A DNA stretch of 64,000 nucleotides from an uncultured delta proteobacterium (GCA_963727445.1 CAVSGI010000021.1:320001-384000); one strand, 5' to 3'; positions 42,501-51,971 are shown, numbered from the stretch's first letter. The notes: a model not told the origin generated them from the letters alone. Numbers and translations: made by a program.

Positions 42501-42896
42501 TCAGGCCGCGTCCGCACGAAACGCCGCGAGCGTCGCGTAGTGGTTGGTGAGGGCCATGGTGAAGTCGTCGATGGTGCCCTGGAACTCGTTGTAGTCGAGG
42601 TTCTCCATGCGAAGGGAGCAGGTGACCACCACGGAGCCGTCGGCGATCCCGTAGGCGCCGTGGACCATCTCCGTCGGCGTTGAGCTCGAGGAGCTTCTGA
42701 TAGAGCGCCGCCGCGTTCTTCACCTTGTCGAGTCTCCATGACCTTCAGCCGGAACACGCACAACGGGCCCGCGAGGCGCACCACGATGTTCTCTTTGCGT
42801 GTCCGGATCGTGGGCCATCCACATGTCGTTCGCCACCTCCTCGTAAGGGAGCCCGGAGCGGATGAAATAGGCCTCGATGTCTTCGCGCGTCCGCAT
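42501..42896 (-). CDS. YbjN/CesT-like chaperone-domain protein, frameshifted
   Basis: Fragments MRTREDIEAYF, ENIVVRLAGPLCVFRLKVM, LYQKLLELNA, and (by manual reading) MVHGAYG...ENLDYNEFQGTIDD. AGGAG RBS. Confidence 0.75.
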
Positions 42897-42990
42897 GAAG
42901 GTCTCCTCGCCGCTGGAACGGGTGGAGGGTATTGGATGCAGCCAGGGTTCACAACGCCCCAGCGGCCCGTCGCATTTCGGGGCGGACGCC

Positions 42991-43892
42991 CTAATCCTGG
43001 TCGTCGCCGCCGGGATTCGACGAGCTTGCGGGTCCAGAGGATCGCGTCCTTGCGCTCGCCGGCCGCCACGATGCCGCGGGCCAGGAGGCCGGTCTTGCGG
43101 AAGCCGGCCGCGAGATAGACGGTCGCCAGCTCCAGGTCGTCGTTGGGGGCGAAGCCGAAGGCGCTGATGATGCCGCGGTCCTTGAGCTCCTCGCACATCA
43201 GGCGGAGCCCGCCGATCAGCGCCAGGCGCTCGGTGTCCGTGGTGGGCGTACGAAGGAGCTCGACCAGCGAGTGGCCGAAGCAGTCCTGGAACTCGGCGGA
43301 GAGGTAGTTGGCCTTGCTGCGGCGGAGGGCGCAGTCGTAGATAGAAGCGCTCCGCGTCGCGGCCGAAGGCGTCGAAGGTGTTGATCGCCACGTCCTCGGC
43401 GACCGCTGCGTCGCGCGCCTCGAGGGCCTCGTCCTCTTCGACCTCGTGGATCGAGACGCCCTTGATCGTCTCCGGGATCTCGCGGGCGACCTTCTTCGCC
43501 GCGGCGATGGTCTTGTCGGCGACCTTGAGCCCGCCGTCACCGACCTCGATGCTGGCGGTCTTCTCGCCGATGACGCAGCCACAGAGGTGACCGTCGCTCC
43601 GCTTGTAGAACCCGGGGATGGTCCCCTCGCGCACGAAGCCGACGCGGGTCCAGGACGAGACCTCGTCCTTCTCGACGAGGGTGATGACCTTCTTGATCCC
43701 CTCGCGCTTGGCGACGGACTGGATGAAGAGGCGCTTGGCCGGCAGGGCGCCGGCGCGGAAGTCGATCACGCGGATGAACTTCGTGCGGTGATTGACCAAG
43801 AGACAGAGAAAGGCGCTGTCGCTGCGAAAATGGATCTCTTCGACGGTCTCGATCGGCGTCTCGATCTTCTTCGCGGTCGCCTTGCGTGCCAT
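42991..43892 (-). CDS. Tandem GNAT-like protein resembling putative beta-lysine N-acetyltransferase, frameshifted
   Basis: GIKKVITLV...VGFVREGTIPGFY in the first half and YLAAGFRKTGLL...DAILW in the second. Frameshifts near 43340 and 43020. Confidence 0.7.
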
Positions 43893-43943
43893 GCGTCGTC
43901 GTCTCCGGTGGGGCTCCGCCGCGGAATTGGACGGAGCGTCGAG

Positions 43944-43972
43944 CATTTAGGCCGAGCAAAGGTTCGTGTCAA
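43944..43972 (-). promoter_or_regulatory. Sigma70-type promoter upstream of the GNAT gene
   Basis: Minus strand TTGACA-N17-TAAATG. Confidence 0.55.
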
Positions 43973-44035
43973 ATACAGGTGTGGTGACGCGCAAAGAGGC
44001 GCGATTACGTGGGATTTCCGGCCTCTTCTCGGGTC

Positions 44036-46129
44036 TCAGGGCGAGGGCGCAGCGCCGAGGGCCTGGTCGATGGCGTGGCGGAAGTCCTCGATGGGTCGCG
44101 CCCCCTGGATCAGCTCGCCGTTCACGAAGACCGAAGGGGTCCCGATATGAGCGCCCGCCGTCCGGATGGCCTCGATGTCCGCCTCGATCACGTCGTCGTG
44201 GCGGTCCGCGTCGAGCGCCGCTTCGAGCTCGGCGACGTCGATGCCGGCAATGCGGCGCGCGTAGCGCAAGAGGTCCGCGCGGGTGAGGGCCCGCTGATTG
44301 GCGAAGAGCAGATCGTGGTACTGCCAGAACCTGCGCTCTCCGCCCTGGCGAAGCACCTCCAGGGCCGCGCGATGGGCCTCGCGGGCGTACTCGTGGAAGG
44401 GGAGCGGGTAGTTGCGCCACACGATGCGGATGCGCTGTCCGTACTGTCGCTCGAGCGCTTCGAGTGTGGGGACCAGGCGCGCGCAGAAGGGGCACTGGAA
44501 GTCGCTGAAGAGCTGCAGCGTGACCGGGGCGTTTTCGGGACCGCGGCTGGGGGCGTTCGGCGCGGACGGGATCGTGTAGTGGGTCGGCGCGGGCGCGGGC
44601 GCAGGGGTCCCGCCCCCGGGTGCGCCGCCCAGGTAGACGATGGAGCGCGCGCCGTCGGCCACGGTGACGTCGTAGACCCGATCGCGGGGCGTTCCGGAGG
44701 AGACGCGCTGTCGCGCCTTCGCGAGCTCCTGATCGATCACGGTGACGAACTCTTCGACCGGCCGCGCGCCGGAGATGTATCGGCCGTTCACGAAGAAGGC
44801 GGGCGTCCCGCGGATCCCGATGCTCTGCGCAAAGGCCAGGTCGGTGTCGATGACCGATTGATGCGCGCGTCTGCCCATCGCGCGCTTGAAACGCCGAACG
44901 CTCAGCCCCGCCTGCCGCGCATAGCGCTCGAGGTCGCGCCGCTCGAGGCTCTGCTGATTCGCGAAGAGCAGGTCGTGCATGTCCCAGAAGCCCTGATCGC
45001 CTCGCTGGGCGCGGGCCTCGAGGGCCGCTCGGGCGGCGCTTTCGGCGTGGCGGTGAAAGGGCAGGGGGTTGTTCTTGAAGACGATGCGGAGGTCTCGGCC
45101 GTAGCGCCGTTCGAGCTCGGTCAGCGTCGGCTGAACCCGCCCGCAAAAGGGGCATTCGAAGTCGCTGATCTCCACGATCGTGACCAGGGCGTCGTCGGGG
45201 CCGCGCGTCGGAGAGGAGCCGATCGGCACGAAGTGGATCGCGCCGGGATCCGGCTCGGGCCGGCCTCGGTTCCCCGCCCTCGGTCGGGGCGGAGAAGGCC
45301 GTGGCGCTTCGGCGGCGGGCTCCGCGACGGCGACCGCCTGCGCGGACCCGTAGAGCTGGCTCTGCGCCACGCCGCGGGACATCGCTTCGCGCGCGAGGGC
45401 GATCTCTTCGTCGACGATCTCCTCGAAGGCGGGGTAGGGCTGCGCGCCGACCAGCTTGCGACCGTTGATGAAGAAGGTCGGCGTGCCGCGCGCGCCGACG
45501 CGGCGGCCGACGAACTGATCGGCGTCGATGGTGGACTCGTGCGCGCCGGTGTCGAGGGCCCGTGCGAAGCGCGCCGTGTCGAGGCCGATCTCGGCCGCGT
45601 AGCGCTCGAGGCTGGCGCGGTCGAGGCTCTGCTGATTCGCGAAGAGCAGGTCGTGCATTCGCCAGAACCCCTCGTCGCCTGCCTGGTCGTAGGCCTCGAG
45701 GGCGGCGAGGGCGGCGAGGCGCGCGTTCTCGTGGAAGGGGAGCGGCTGGTTGCGGAAGACGAGGCGCACCTCGTCCGGGTACGTCTCCAGGAGGCGCTCG
45801 ACGGTCGGGTTCACCCGGCTGCAGAACGGACACTGGAAGTCGCTGAAGAGGACGATGGTGACCAGGGGCTCGGCGGCGCCGCGCGCCGGTCGACCGTCGA
45901 CGCCCACCCGGAGGCGTTCGGCGTCGGCGCCGGCCAGGTCGCTGTCCACCGGCCAGGCCATCACCGCGTCCGCGGCCTCTTCGGGCGCCGACGACGCGGA
46001 GGCCGCGCTCCCTTCGACGGAGACGCGGGCCGGGGTCAGCGCGGGATCATTGATCCTTCCGGTGGGGCGACCCGAGGGGGCGCCACAGGCGAAGAACGAC
46101 AAAGCGACGGCGAACGAAAGGACTCGCAT
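44036..46129 (-). CDS. Lipoprotein with three DsbA/thioredoxin-like domains
   Basis: Lipobox FFAC, three SDF(Q/E)CPFC motifs, three NxPLPFH and three GTPxxxxNG. Confidence 0.93.
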   Translation of the reverse strand: MRVLSFAVALSFFACGAPSGRPTGRINDPALTPARVSVEGSAASASSAPEEAADAVMAWPVDSDLAGADAERLRVGVDGRPARGAAEPLVTIVLFSDFQCPFCSRVNPTVERLLETYPDEVRLVFRNQPLPFHENARLAALAALEAYDQAGDEGFWRMHDLLFANQQSLDRASLERYAAEIGLDTARFARALDTGAHESTIDADQFVGRRVGARGTPTFFINGRKLVGAQPYPAFEEIVDEEIALAREAMSRGVAQSQLYGSAQAVAVAEPAAEAPRPSPPRPRAGNRGRPEPDPGAIHFVPIGSSPTRGPDDALVTIVEISDFECPFCGRVQPTLTELERRYGRDLRIVFKNNPLPFHRHAESAARAALEARAQRGDQGFWDMHDLLFANQQSLERRDLERYARQAGLSVRRFKRAMGRRAHQSVIDTDLAFAQSIGIRGTPAFFVNGRYISGARPVEEFVTVIDQELAKARQRVSSGTPRDRVYDVTVADGARSIVYLGGAPGGGTPAPAPAPTHYTIPSAPNAPSRGPENAPVTLQLFSDFQCPFCARLVPTLEALERQYGQRIRIVWRNYPLPFHEYAREAHRAALEVLRQGGERRFWQYHDLLFANQRALTRADLLRYARRIAGIDVAELEAALDADRHDDVIEADIEAIRTAGAHIGTPSVFVNGELIQGARPIEDFRHAIDQALGAAPSP

Positions 46130-46160
46130 GGGGGGCGTCGCAATGTACTACGATGAAGTC

Positions 46161-47021
46161 GTGAGGGCATGGGGCGGCATGCTCTTCCTTATTGTCGGCA
46201 CGATCGGGTGCACGCAGCGATCCGCGCCCATCGAGCGGCTCTCGAGCTGCGCCTTCGACAGCCCGAGCGGCGAATGTCACCGTCTCCATTCTTCGCTCGC
46301 GCACGCCCACGCATTGGGGGGACAGCATGGCCGCGATTCGCGACGCGGCCCTCCGAGGCTATCCCTACGTCGAAGTGGACGTTGTCATGAGCAGCGACCA
46401 CGCGCTGATCCCGAGCCACTTCGAGGACCTGGACGTGTTCTCCACGTGCGCTGGGCGGGTCGATGATTTCAGCACAGCATCCCTCTCGACCTGTCAGTAC
46501 CTCGACGAGCCCGGCACCAGCCTCACGCCGATAGAGCAGGGCCTCGACGGCGTCACCTTCCGGGGCTTCTTCCTCGACATGAAGTTCACCATCCGAGACA
46601 TCGCCGACGTCGACGTGACCCAGTCCGTCGACGTGGTGACGGCGCTCGACTCTCGGCTCGGCCATCCCAACTGGTTGGTCGCCATGAGCTACGATCCCGA
46701 CGTCGCGCGCGGGCTGATCGACGCTGGCATTCGCACCGGCTACAAGGGCTATCCCGCCCCCGAAGAAGCCCTCGCCTTCGTCGAGGAGGCCGGGGCGATC
46801 GGCGCGGAGATGGCGTGCTTCGAGGCGAGCTCGCTGAGCCCCGAGGTGGCATCGCGCGTGCGCGTGAGCTCGGCGTCTGGTTGATGCCTTGGGAGGGCCG
46901 CGCGAACGTGAACGCTGCGCTGGTGCTCGCGCTGATCGACCAAGGGGTCGGTGGCCTCCTCACCGACATGCCCGACTTCTCGCAGGCCGTCTACGACCTG
47001 CGCTGCCCGAATGACCGCTAG
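46161..47021 (+). CDS. Glycerophosphodiester phosphodiesterase-like lipoprotein; two frameshifts (about 46320 and 46860)
   Basis: Lipobox TIGC, AAIRDAALRGYPYVEVDVVMSSD, FFLDMK, ARELGVWLMPW, LIDQGVGGLLTDMP. Confidence 0.72.
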
Positions 47022-47112
47022 TGCCTGGTCCAATGACGTAGAAGGGTTCTCGCTCGTTCGTCGGCCGCGGGGACGCGTCCCCGAGGGAGCGTGGAGGGGA
47101 CGGAAGTCCCCT
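47018..47112. repeat. Partial copy of the 54567-54729 MITE, plus REP-like hairpins
   Basis: 47018-47068 is the exact reverse complement of 54680-54730 (51 bp). It is followed by GGGACGCGTCCC and GAGGGGAC-GGAA-GTCCCCTC. Confidence 0.8.
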
Positions 47113-47183
47113 CACCAAGACCAAACCTCGTCTCGCTCAGCTCGTTCCGCCCGGAGGCGGTGCAGGACTCACCCAAACAACAC

Positions 47184-47218
47184 AAAAGAAAAGAGCCGGA
47201 CGCTTTCGCGCCCGGCTC
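47184..47218 (-). terminator. Rho-independent terminator of the triple-DsbA gene
   Basis: Minus strand GAGCCGGGCGC-GAAA-GCGTCCGGCTC followed by TTTTCTTTT. Confidence 0.85.
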
Positions 47219-47250
47219 CCCTCACTCTTTCGGGCCGAAGCCCGGTCGCG

Positions 47251-49281
47251 TCACTCGGCGAGCGCGCGGTCGATGGCGGCCTTGAAGGCCTCGAAGGGCT
47301 GGGCGCCCTGCACCAGGCGACCGTTGATGAAGAAGCTCGGCGTTCCGATGCGAGCACCGGCTTCGTTCACCGCGTCCACGTCCTGCTGCACGCGCGCCTG
47401 GTGGCGGCGCGAGTCGAGGGCGGAGCGGAACTGCGCCATGTTGATGCCGCCGACCTGCTCCGCGTACTGCTCGAGGTTCTCGCGCGACAGGGCGCGCTGA
47501 TTCTCGAAGAGCTTGGCGTGGTACTCCCAGAACTTGTCGCTGCCACCCTGACGGAAGACCTCCCACGCGGCTTCGGCCGCGAGGGGGGCGTCGGAGTGGA
47601 AGGGCAGCGGGTAGTTACGCCAGACGATGCGAACGCGGTTGCCGTACTCGCGCTTGATCTGCTCGACGGTGGGGTTCACGCGGGAGCAGAAGGGGCACTG
47701 GAAGTCGCTGAACTCCTGGATGGTGACAGCGGCGTTGCGCGGGCCGATGGTCGGCGCGTCGTTGGGGACGGCGATCTCGTAGACCTGATCGGCCGGAGGC
47801 GCAGAGGGAGCCGCGGCCGGAGCCGCCGCGCCGCCCGCGGGCTGAATGGTCTGCGGGGAGGTCGCGCCGTCGGCGATGGTCTCGGCGTACACGCGCGCGC
47901 GGGGCGTGCCGGCCTCGACCTTGGCGCGCGCCTTGGTGAGCTCCTCGTCGATGACGGCGGTGAACGCCTGCAGGGGCTGGGCGCCGCGGACGTTGCGGCC
48001 GTTGATGAAGAAGCTGGGCGTACCGGTGGCCCCGAGCTGACGCGCGAGGGTCTGGTGCTGCTCGATTTCCGCGTTGTGCTCGTTCGAGTCCAGCGCGGCG
48101 CGGAACTGCGCCATGTTGATGCCGCCGAGCTCCTGCGCCCACTGTTCGAGGTTCTCGCGGGTGAGGAGGCGCTGATTCTCGAAGAGCTTGTTGTGGTAGG
48201 CCCAGAACTTCTCGTTGCCGCCCTGCTCGTAGACCTCGAGGGCCGCGTTGGCCGCGGGACCTGCGTTCTGGTGGAAGGGAAGCGGGTTGTCGAACCACAC
48301 CACGCGCACGTCGTTGCCGTAGCGCTCGACGATCTGGTCGACGGTGGGCTCGACGCGGCCGCAGAAGGGACACTCGAAGTCGGAGACCTGGACGATGGTG
48401 ACCAGCGCGTTGGCCGGGCCCTTGGAGGGCTCGTTGCCGACGGGGACGCGGTAGACCGCGTTGGGGTCTGGCTGGGGCCGCGCCTGCGGCTGCTGGTCGC
48501 CGGCCGCCGGGGCCGCCGCTTCGCTGTCGCGGGCATTCTGCATGAGCGTCGCGTACACGCGGCTCGCAGGGGTGCCCTGCTCCACGATGCCGTTGGCGGT
48601 GGCGATCTCCTCGTCGATGATCTCCTTGAAGCGCTCGAAGGGCTGCGCGCCGGCGATCTTGCGACCGTTGATCACGAAGTGCGGCGTGCCGCGCGCCCCG
48701 ATGCGGGTGGCGATCGCCTGGTCCGCGCTGATCTGCTGCGAGTGCTCGTTGTTGTCGAGCGCAGCACGGAACTGATCCATGTTCAGGCCGACCTCTTGCG
48801 CCCAGCGCTCGAGGTTCGGACGGGTCAGCTCACGCTGGTTCTGGAAGAGCTTGTCGTGGAAGGCCCAGAACTTCTCGTTGCCGCCCTGCTCGAAAGCCTC
48901 CATCGCCGCGTTGGCCGCAGGGCCAGCGTTCTGGTGGAAGGGCAGCGGGTTGTTGCGCCAGACGACCTTCACCTTGCCGTCGTACTCGCGCATGATCTGT
49001 TCGACGGTCGGACCGACCCGGCCGCAGAACGGACACTCGAAGTCGCTGATCTCGACGATCGTGACCAGCGCGTCCTCGGTGCCCTTCCAGGGCTGCTCCT
49101 CCGTGACGGGAACGTTGAAACGCTCCACGCCGTCGTCTGGAGCCGCGCCGAGCGGGCCATCGGCGGCAGAGCCGATCTCCTCGCCGGCTTCTCCACCACC
49201 ACCACTGGAAGTGAGATTGCCGATCAGCAGACCGCCGACGAAGGCGATCAGGATCGAAATGATTGCAGAACCTTTGCTCAT
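47251..49281 (-). CDS. Membrane-anchored protein with three DsbA/thioredoxin-like domains
   Basis: MSKGSAIISILIAFVGGLLIG anchor, three SDF(E/Q)CPFC, three PLPFH and three GTPxFxING. GAGG upstream of ATG 49281. Confidence 0.94.
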   Translation of the reverse strand: MSKGSAIISILIAFVGGLLIGNLTSSGGGGEAGEEIGSAADGPLGAAPDDGVERFNVPVTEEQPWKGTEDALVTIVEISDFECPFCGRVGPTVEQIMREYDGKVKVVWRNNPLPFHQNAGPAANAAMEAFEQGGNEKFWAFHDKLFQNQRELTRPNLERWAQEVGLNMDQFRAALDNNEHSQQISADQAIATRIGARGTPHFVINGRKIAGAQPFERFKEIIDEEIATANGIVEQGTPASRVYATLMQNARDSEAAAPAAGDQQPQARPQPDPNAVYRVPVGNEPSKGPANALVTIVQVSDFECPFCGRVEPTVDQIVERYGNDVRVVWFDNPLPFHQNAGPAANAALEVYEQGGNEKFWAYHNKLFENQRLLTRENLEQWAQELGGINMAQFRAALDSNEHNAEIEQHQTLARQLGATGTPSFFINGRNVRGAQPLQAFTAVIDEELTKARAKVEAGTPRARVYAETIADGATSPQTIQPAGGAAAPAAAPSAPPADQVYEIAVPNDAPTIGPRNAAVTIQEFSDFQCPFCSRVNPTVEQIKREYGNRVRIVWRNYPLPFHSDAPLAAEAAWEVFRQGGSDKFWEYHAKLFENQRALSRENLEQYAEQVGGINMAQFRSALDSRRHQARVQQDVDAVNEAGARIGTPSFFINGRLVQGAQPFEAFKAAIDRALAE

Positions 49282-49439
49282 GGAAACGTACCTCGTACAC
49301 CAGCGCGCCATCGCCCGCGGTGTGACAATGAAAACTGCTCGAAAACCAATGTTCGTTTGCTGACTTGGCGCATGGGCGAGCACCCGCGTCACCCGGCGTC
49401 ACCGGGTGAACGAGATGCTTTTTCGAGGGCCCTGCGCGT

Positions 49440-49886
49440 TCAGCGTTGCGGCGGCCGCTCGACGCGCGCGCGGACCCCCGGGGGACCCATCCGCGTTTCG
49501 AACGCCAAAGGCGAGCTGCGCACACCGCGCTCGTCGATGTCGGGGGCGATCGGTGCGGCGCTCGCCGGCATCGGATCGGTGAGGGCGGGGGCTTCCGTCG
49601 GCCCCTCGACCGGGAAGCAACGGGGGTCGTCCGGGCTCAGACACCACAGCGTCCCGCCCTCGTCGTCCATTCCGAGCGAGTCGCGGCTCGGGACCTGACG
49701 GAGCCCGAGGCGAATCTCGAGCTCGACGTCGACGCTCTCGTTGCCAAAGGTGGCGATGAGGGGATCCACGACCGAGATGCCGCTCACCTCACCGCGCCCC
49801 ACGGCCGAGAGCATGCACTCGTCGGCGAAGGCCAGCGCGGGAGTCGCCGCCAAAAAGGCGAGGCAGAGGCAGAGGGAACGAGCCAT
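49440..49886 (-). CDS. Small secreted protein ending in RVERPPQR; candidate regulatory leader (arrest) peptide
   Basis: Signal peptide, WCLSPDDPRC Cys pair, Pro/Ala-rich linker, C-terminal RPP. Same strand as, and 158 nt upstream of, the triple-DsbA gene. Confidence 0.7.
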   Translation of the reverse strand: MARSLCLCLAFLAATPALAFADECMLSAVGRGEVSGISVVDPLIATFGNESVDVELEIRLGLRQVPSRDSLGMDDEGGTLWCLSPDDPRCFPVEGPTEAPALTDPMPASAAPIAPDIDERGVRSSPLAFETRMGPPGVRARVERPPQR

Positions 49887-50153
49887 GCGAAGCGGGGCGT
49901 CGGCGGTACGGCTTTCCGGCGTCAGGAGGGCAGTCTACCGTTTGGACCCTCTAGAGCAAGTGGGCATGAGCCGCAACGGAACAATTCGAATTTCCAGCAG
50001 AATCACGGCGCCAGAATTAGTGGCGCCCCCGAAGGGAGCCACCGGCCGAACGCTTGGCGGGAACGGGTGGAGAGGACTGCTCGGCCGGCTCAGTTGCTCG
50101 TCTTCAGGGGCGTCATCTGAGAAACGCTCGCCGAACTCGGGTATTCCTCTGGG

Positions 50154-50648
50154 GTGCCGAAGAAGAAGCTCAGCGCGGGACTCCTGATGGTCCGTCGCCG
50201 CGAAAGCGTTGGGGAAGTGCTCCTGGTTCATCCCGGCGGGCCCTACTTCCGCAACAAGGACATGGGGGCGTGGACCGTGCCCAAGGGCCTGGTCGACGAG
50301 GGGGAGGAGCACCTCGAGGCCGCCAAGCGGGAGTTCGTCGAGGAGACCGGCTTCGCCCTCGAAGCGACGAAGTTCGTCGCGCTGGGCGAGGTGCGCATGA
50401 AGAGCGGAAAACGGATCCAGGCCTGGGCCTTCGCCGGCGACCGCGATCCCGCGACGGTGAAGAGCAACACCTTCGAGGTGGAGTGGCCGCCGCGCTCCGG
50501 GAAGATGCAGAGCTTCCCCGAGGTCGACCGCGCCGCTTTCTTCGGCCGCGCAGAGGCCTTCGACAAGATCATCGAAGCGCAGCGGCCTCTGGTCGATGAG
50601 GCGCTTTCAGACGAGACGCTCGAAGCGCTCTTCGGAGAGGAGCCGTGA
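50154..50648 (+). CDS. NUDIX hydrolase
   Basis: LLVHPGGP, PKGLVDEGEEHLEAAKREFVEETG, EWPPRSG, FPEVDR. Confidence 0.93.
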   Translation: MPKKKLSAGLLMVRRRESVGEVLLVHPGGPYFRNKDMGAWTVPKGLVDEGEEHLEAAKREFVEETGFALEATKFVALGEVRMKSGKRIQAWAFAGDRDPATVKSNTFEVEWPPRSGKMQSFPEVDRAAFFGRAEAFDKIIEAQRPLVDEALSDETLEALFGEEP

Positions 50649-51271
50649 GCTACGCCGCACGCGTCACTTCCCTGGCCGCGGCCCTCGAGCAGCCCATCAG
50701 CGCCGAAGCGGCGGAGTCCCTCGCCCGCTTCGCGACGCTCGTCGCCACCTGGAACAAGAAGATGAACCTCACCGCGGCGCGCGAGCCGGGGGCGCTCACC
50801 GAGGTCCTCTTTGCCGACGCCCTGGTCCTCGCCGACCCGGCGCTCGTCCCCGAAGCGGCGAGCGTCCTCGACGTGGGAAGCGGTGCCGGCGCCCCCGCCA
50901 TCCCTCTCGCCCTGCTTCGACCCGACCTGTCGATGATCCTGGTCGAGCCACTCCACAAGCGCGTCGCCTTCATGCGCACCGCCATCGGCACCCTGGGCCT
51001 CGCCGATCGCGTCCAGGTCGTGGAGGGGCGCCTCGACCCTGGCGATCCGCCGCCCGAGGGCAGCCCCTTCGACCTCGCGATGTCGCGCGCCACCCTCGCC
51101 CCACCCGATTGGCTCGCCCTCGGCCTCGGTTACGCGCCGCGCGTGCTGGTGCTCACCGCGGCTGAAGCCCCGCCACGCTCTGACGCCGCCGAGCGCGAGA
51201 CCGAAAAGGTCTACGCGCTCCCTTCGAGTGGCGCGAAGCGGGTCGCGAGCGTCTACCGGCAGGGCGGCTGA
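50645..51271 (+). CDS. rsmG: 16S rRNA m7G527 methyltransferase
   Basis: WNKKMNLTA, LDVGSGAGAPAIPLA, LVEPLHKRVAF, FDLAMSRA. Confidence 0.88.
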   Translation: MSYAARVTSLAAALEQPISAEAAESLARFATLVATWNKKMNLTAAREPGALTEVLFADALVLADPALVPEAASVLDVGSGAGAPAIPLALLRPDLSMILVEPLHKRVAFMRTAIGTLGLADRVQVVEGRLDPGDPPPEGSPFDLAMSRATLAPPDWLALGLGYAPRVLVLTAAEAPPRSDAAERETEKVYALPSSGAKRVASVYRQGG

Positions 51272-51293
51272 GCGAGCGCGAGGAGACTCCGGC

Positions 51294-51971
51294 TCAGCAG
51301 CCGCCGCTGACGCACATCACGGCCTTGTTGCAGGCCGGGCCCGAGCCGCAGTGGCAGAGGCCGGCGGTGCAGTTGTCGGCCTGGTTGGTGCAGCCCGCGT
51401 TGCAGAGGCCGCAGTTGTTGAAGTCGGTCTGCAGGTCGGCGCAGCCGCTGGCGCAGCACGCCATCCCCGCGGCGCAGGGTGCGTCGCCGGCGCCTTCGGT
51501 GGAGCAGACGCACGCGCCGGCTTCGTTGCAGATGTCCGCGCGTTCTTCCATGCCCATGCAGGCGGCGCAGCACGACGCGATCTCGTCCACGCGCCCGTCG
51601 CAGTCGTCGTCGATGCCGTTACACGTCTCGGGCGCGCCCGGATAGACGGTGTTCAGCCGGTCGTTGCAGTCGCAGTCGGGCGGCGCTTCGCCCGGGCGGC
51701 AGGCGTCGAAGGCGTCACCGTCGGTGTTGCCACAGGCGTCCTCCATGCCGTCGCAGTTCTGGTCCATGTGGTCGCCGCAAATCTCGAAGGTCGGGACGCA
51801 CGCATCGCCCGTGACCATGCTGTCGGTGCCGCCGCCGTCACCGGGAGGGACGCCGGTGTCCATCCCGGTGGAGCTGTCCGTCCGGCCTCCGTCACCACCG
51901 CCGCCGCCGTCGTCTCCGCAGCCCGCGAGAAGAAGGACAGACGCTAGGGCACAAGCAAACGCTCGCATCAT
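51294..51971 (-). CDS. Cys-rich lipoprotein with putative metal-binding repeats
   Basis: Lipobox LAGC, DCND...VYPGAPETCNGIDDDCDGRVDE, NNCGLC. Confidence 0.85.
   Translation of the reverse strand: MMRAFACALASVLLLAGCGDDGGGGGDGGRTDSSTGMDTGVPPGDGGGTDSMVTGDACVPTFEICGDHMDQNCDGMEDACGNTDGDAFDACRPGEAPPDCDCNDRLNTVYPGAPETCNGIDDDCDGRVDEIASCCAACMGMEERADICNEAGACVCSTEGAGDAPCAAGMACCASGCADLQTDFNNCGLCNAGCTNQADNCTAGLCHCGSGPACNKAVMCVSGGC

Noticed and set aside
44036..49281. Selenocysteine (UGA) in DsbA active sites
   Set aside because: All six motifs are encoded as CPFC with no in-frame TGA.
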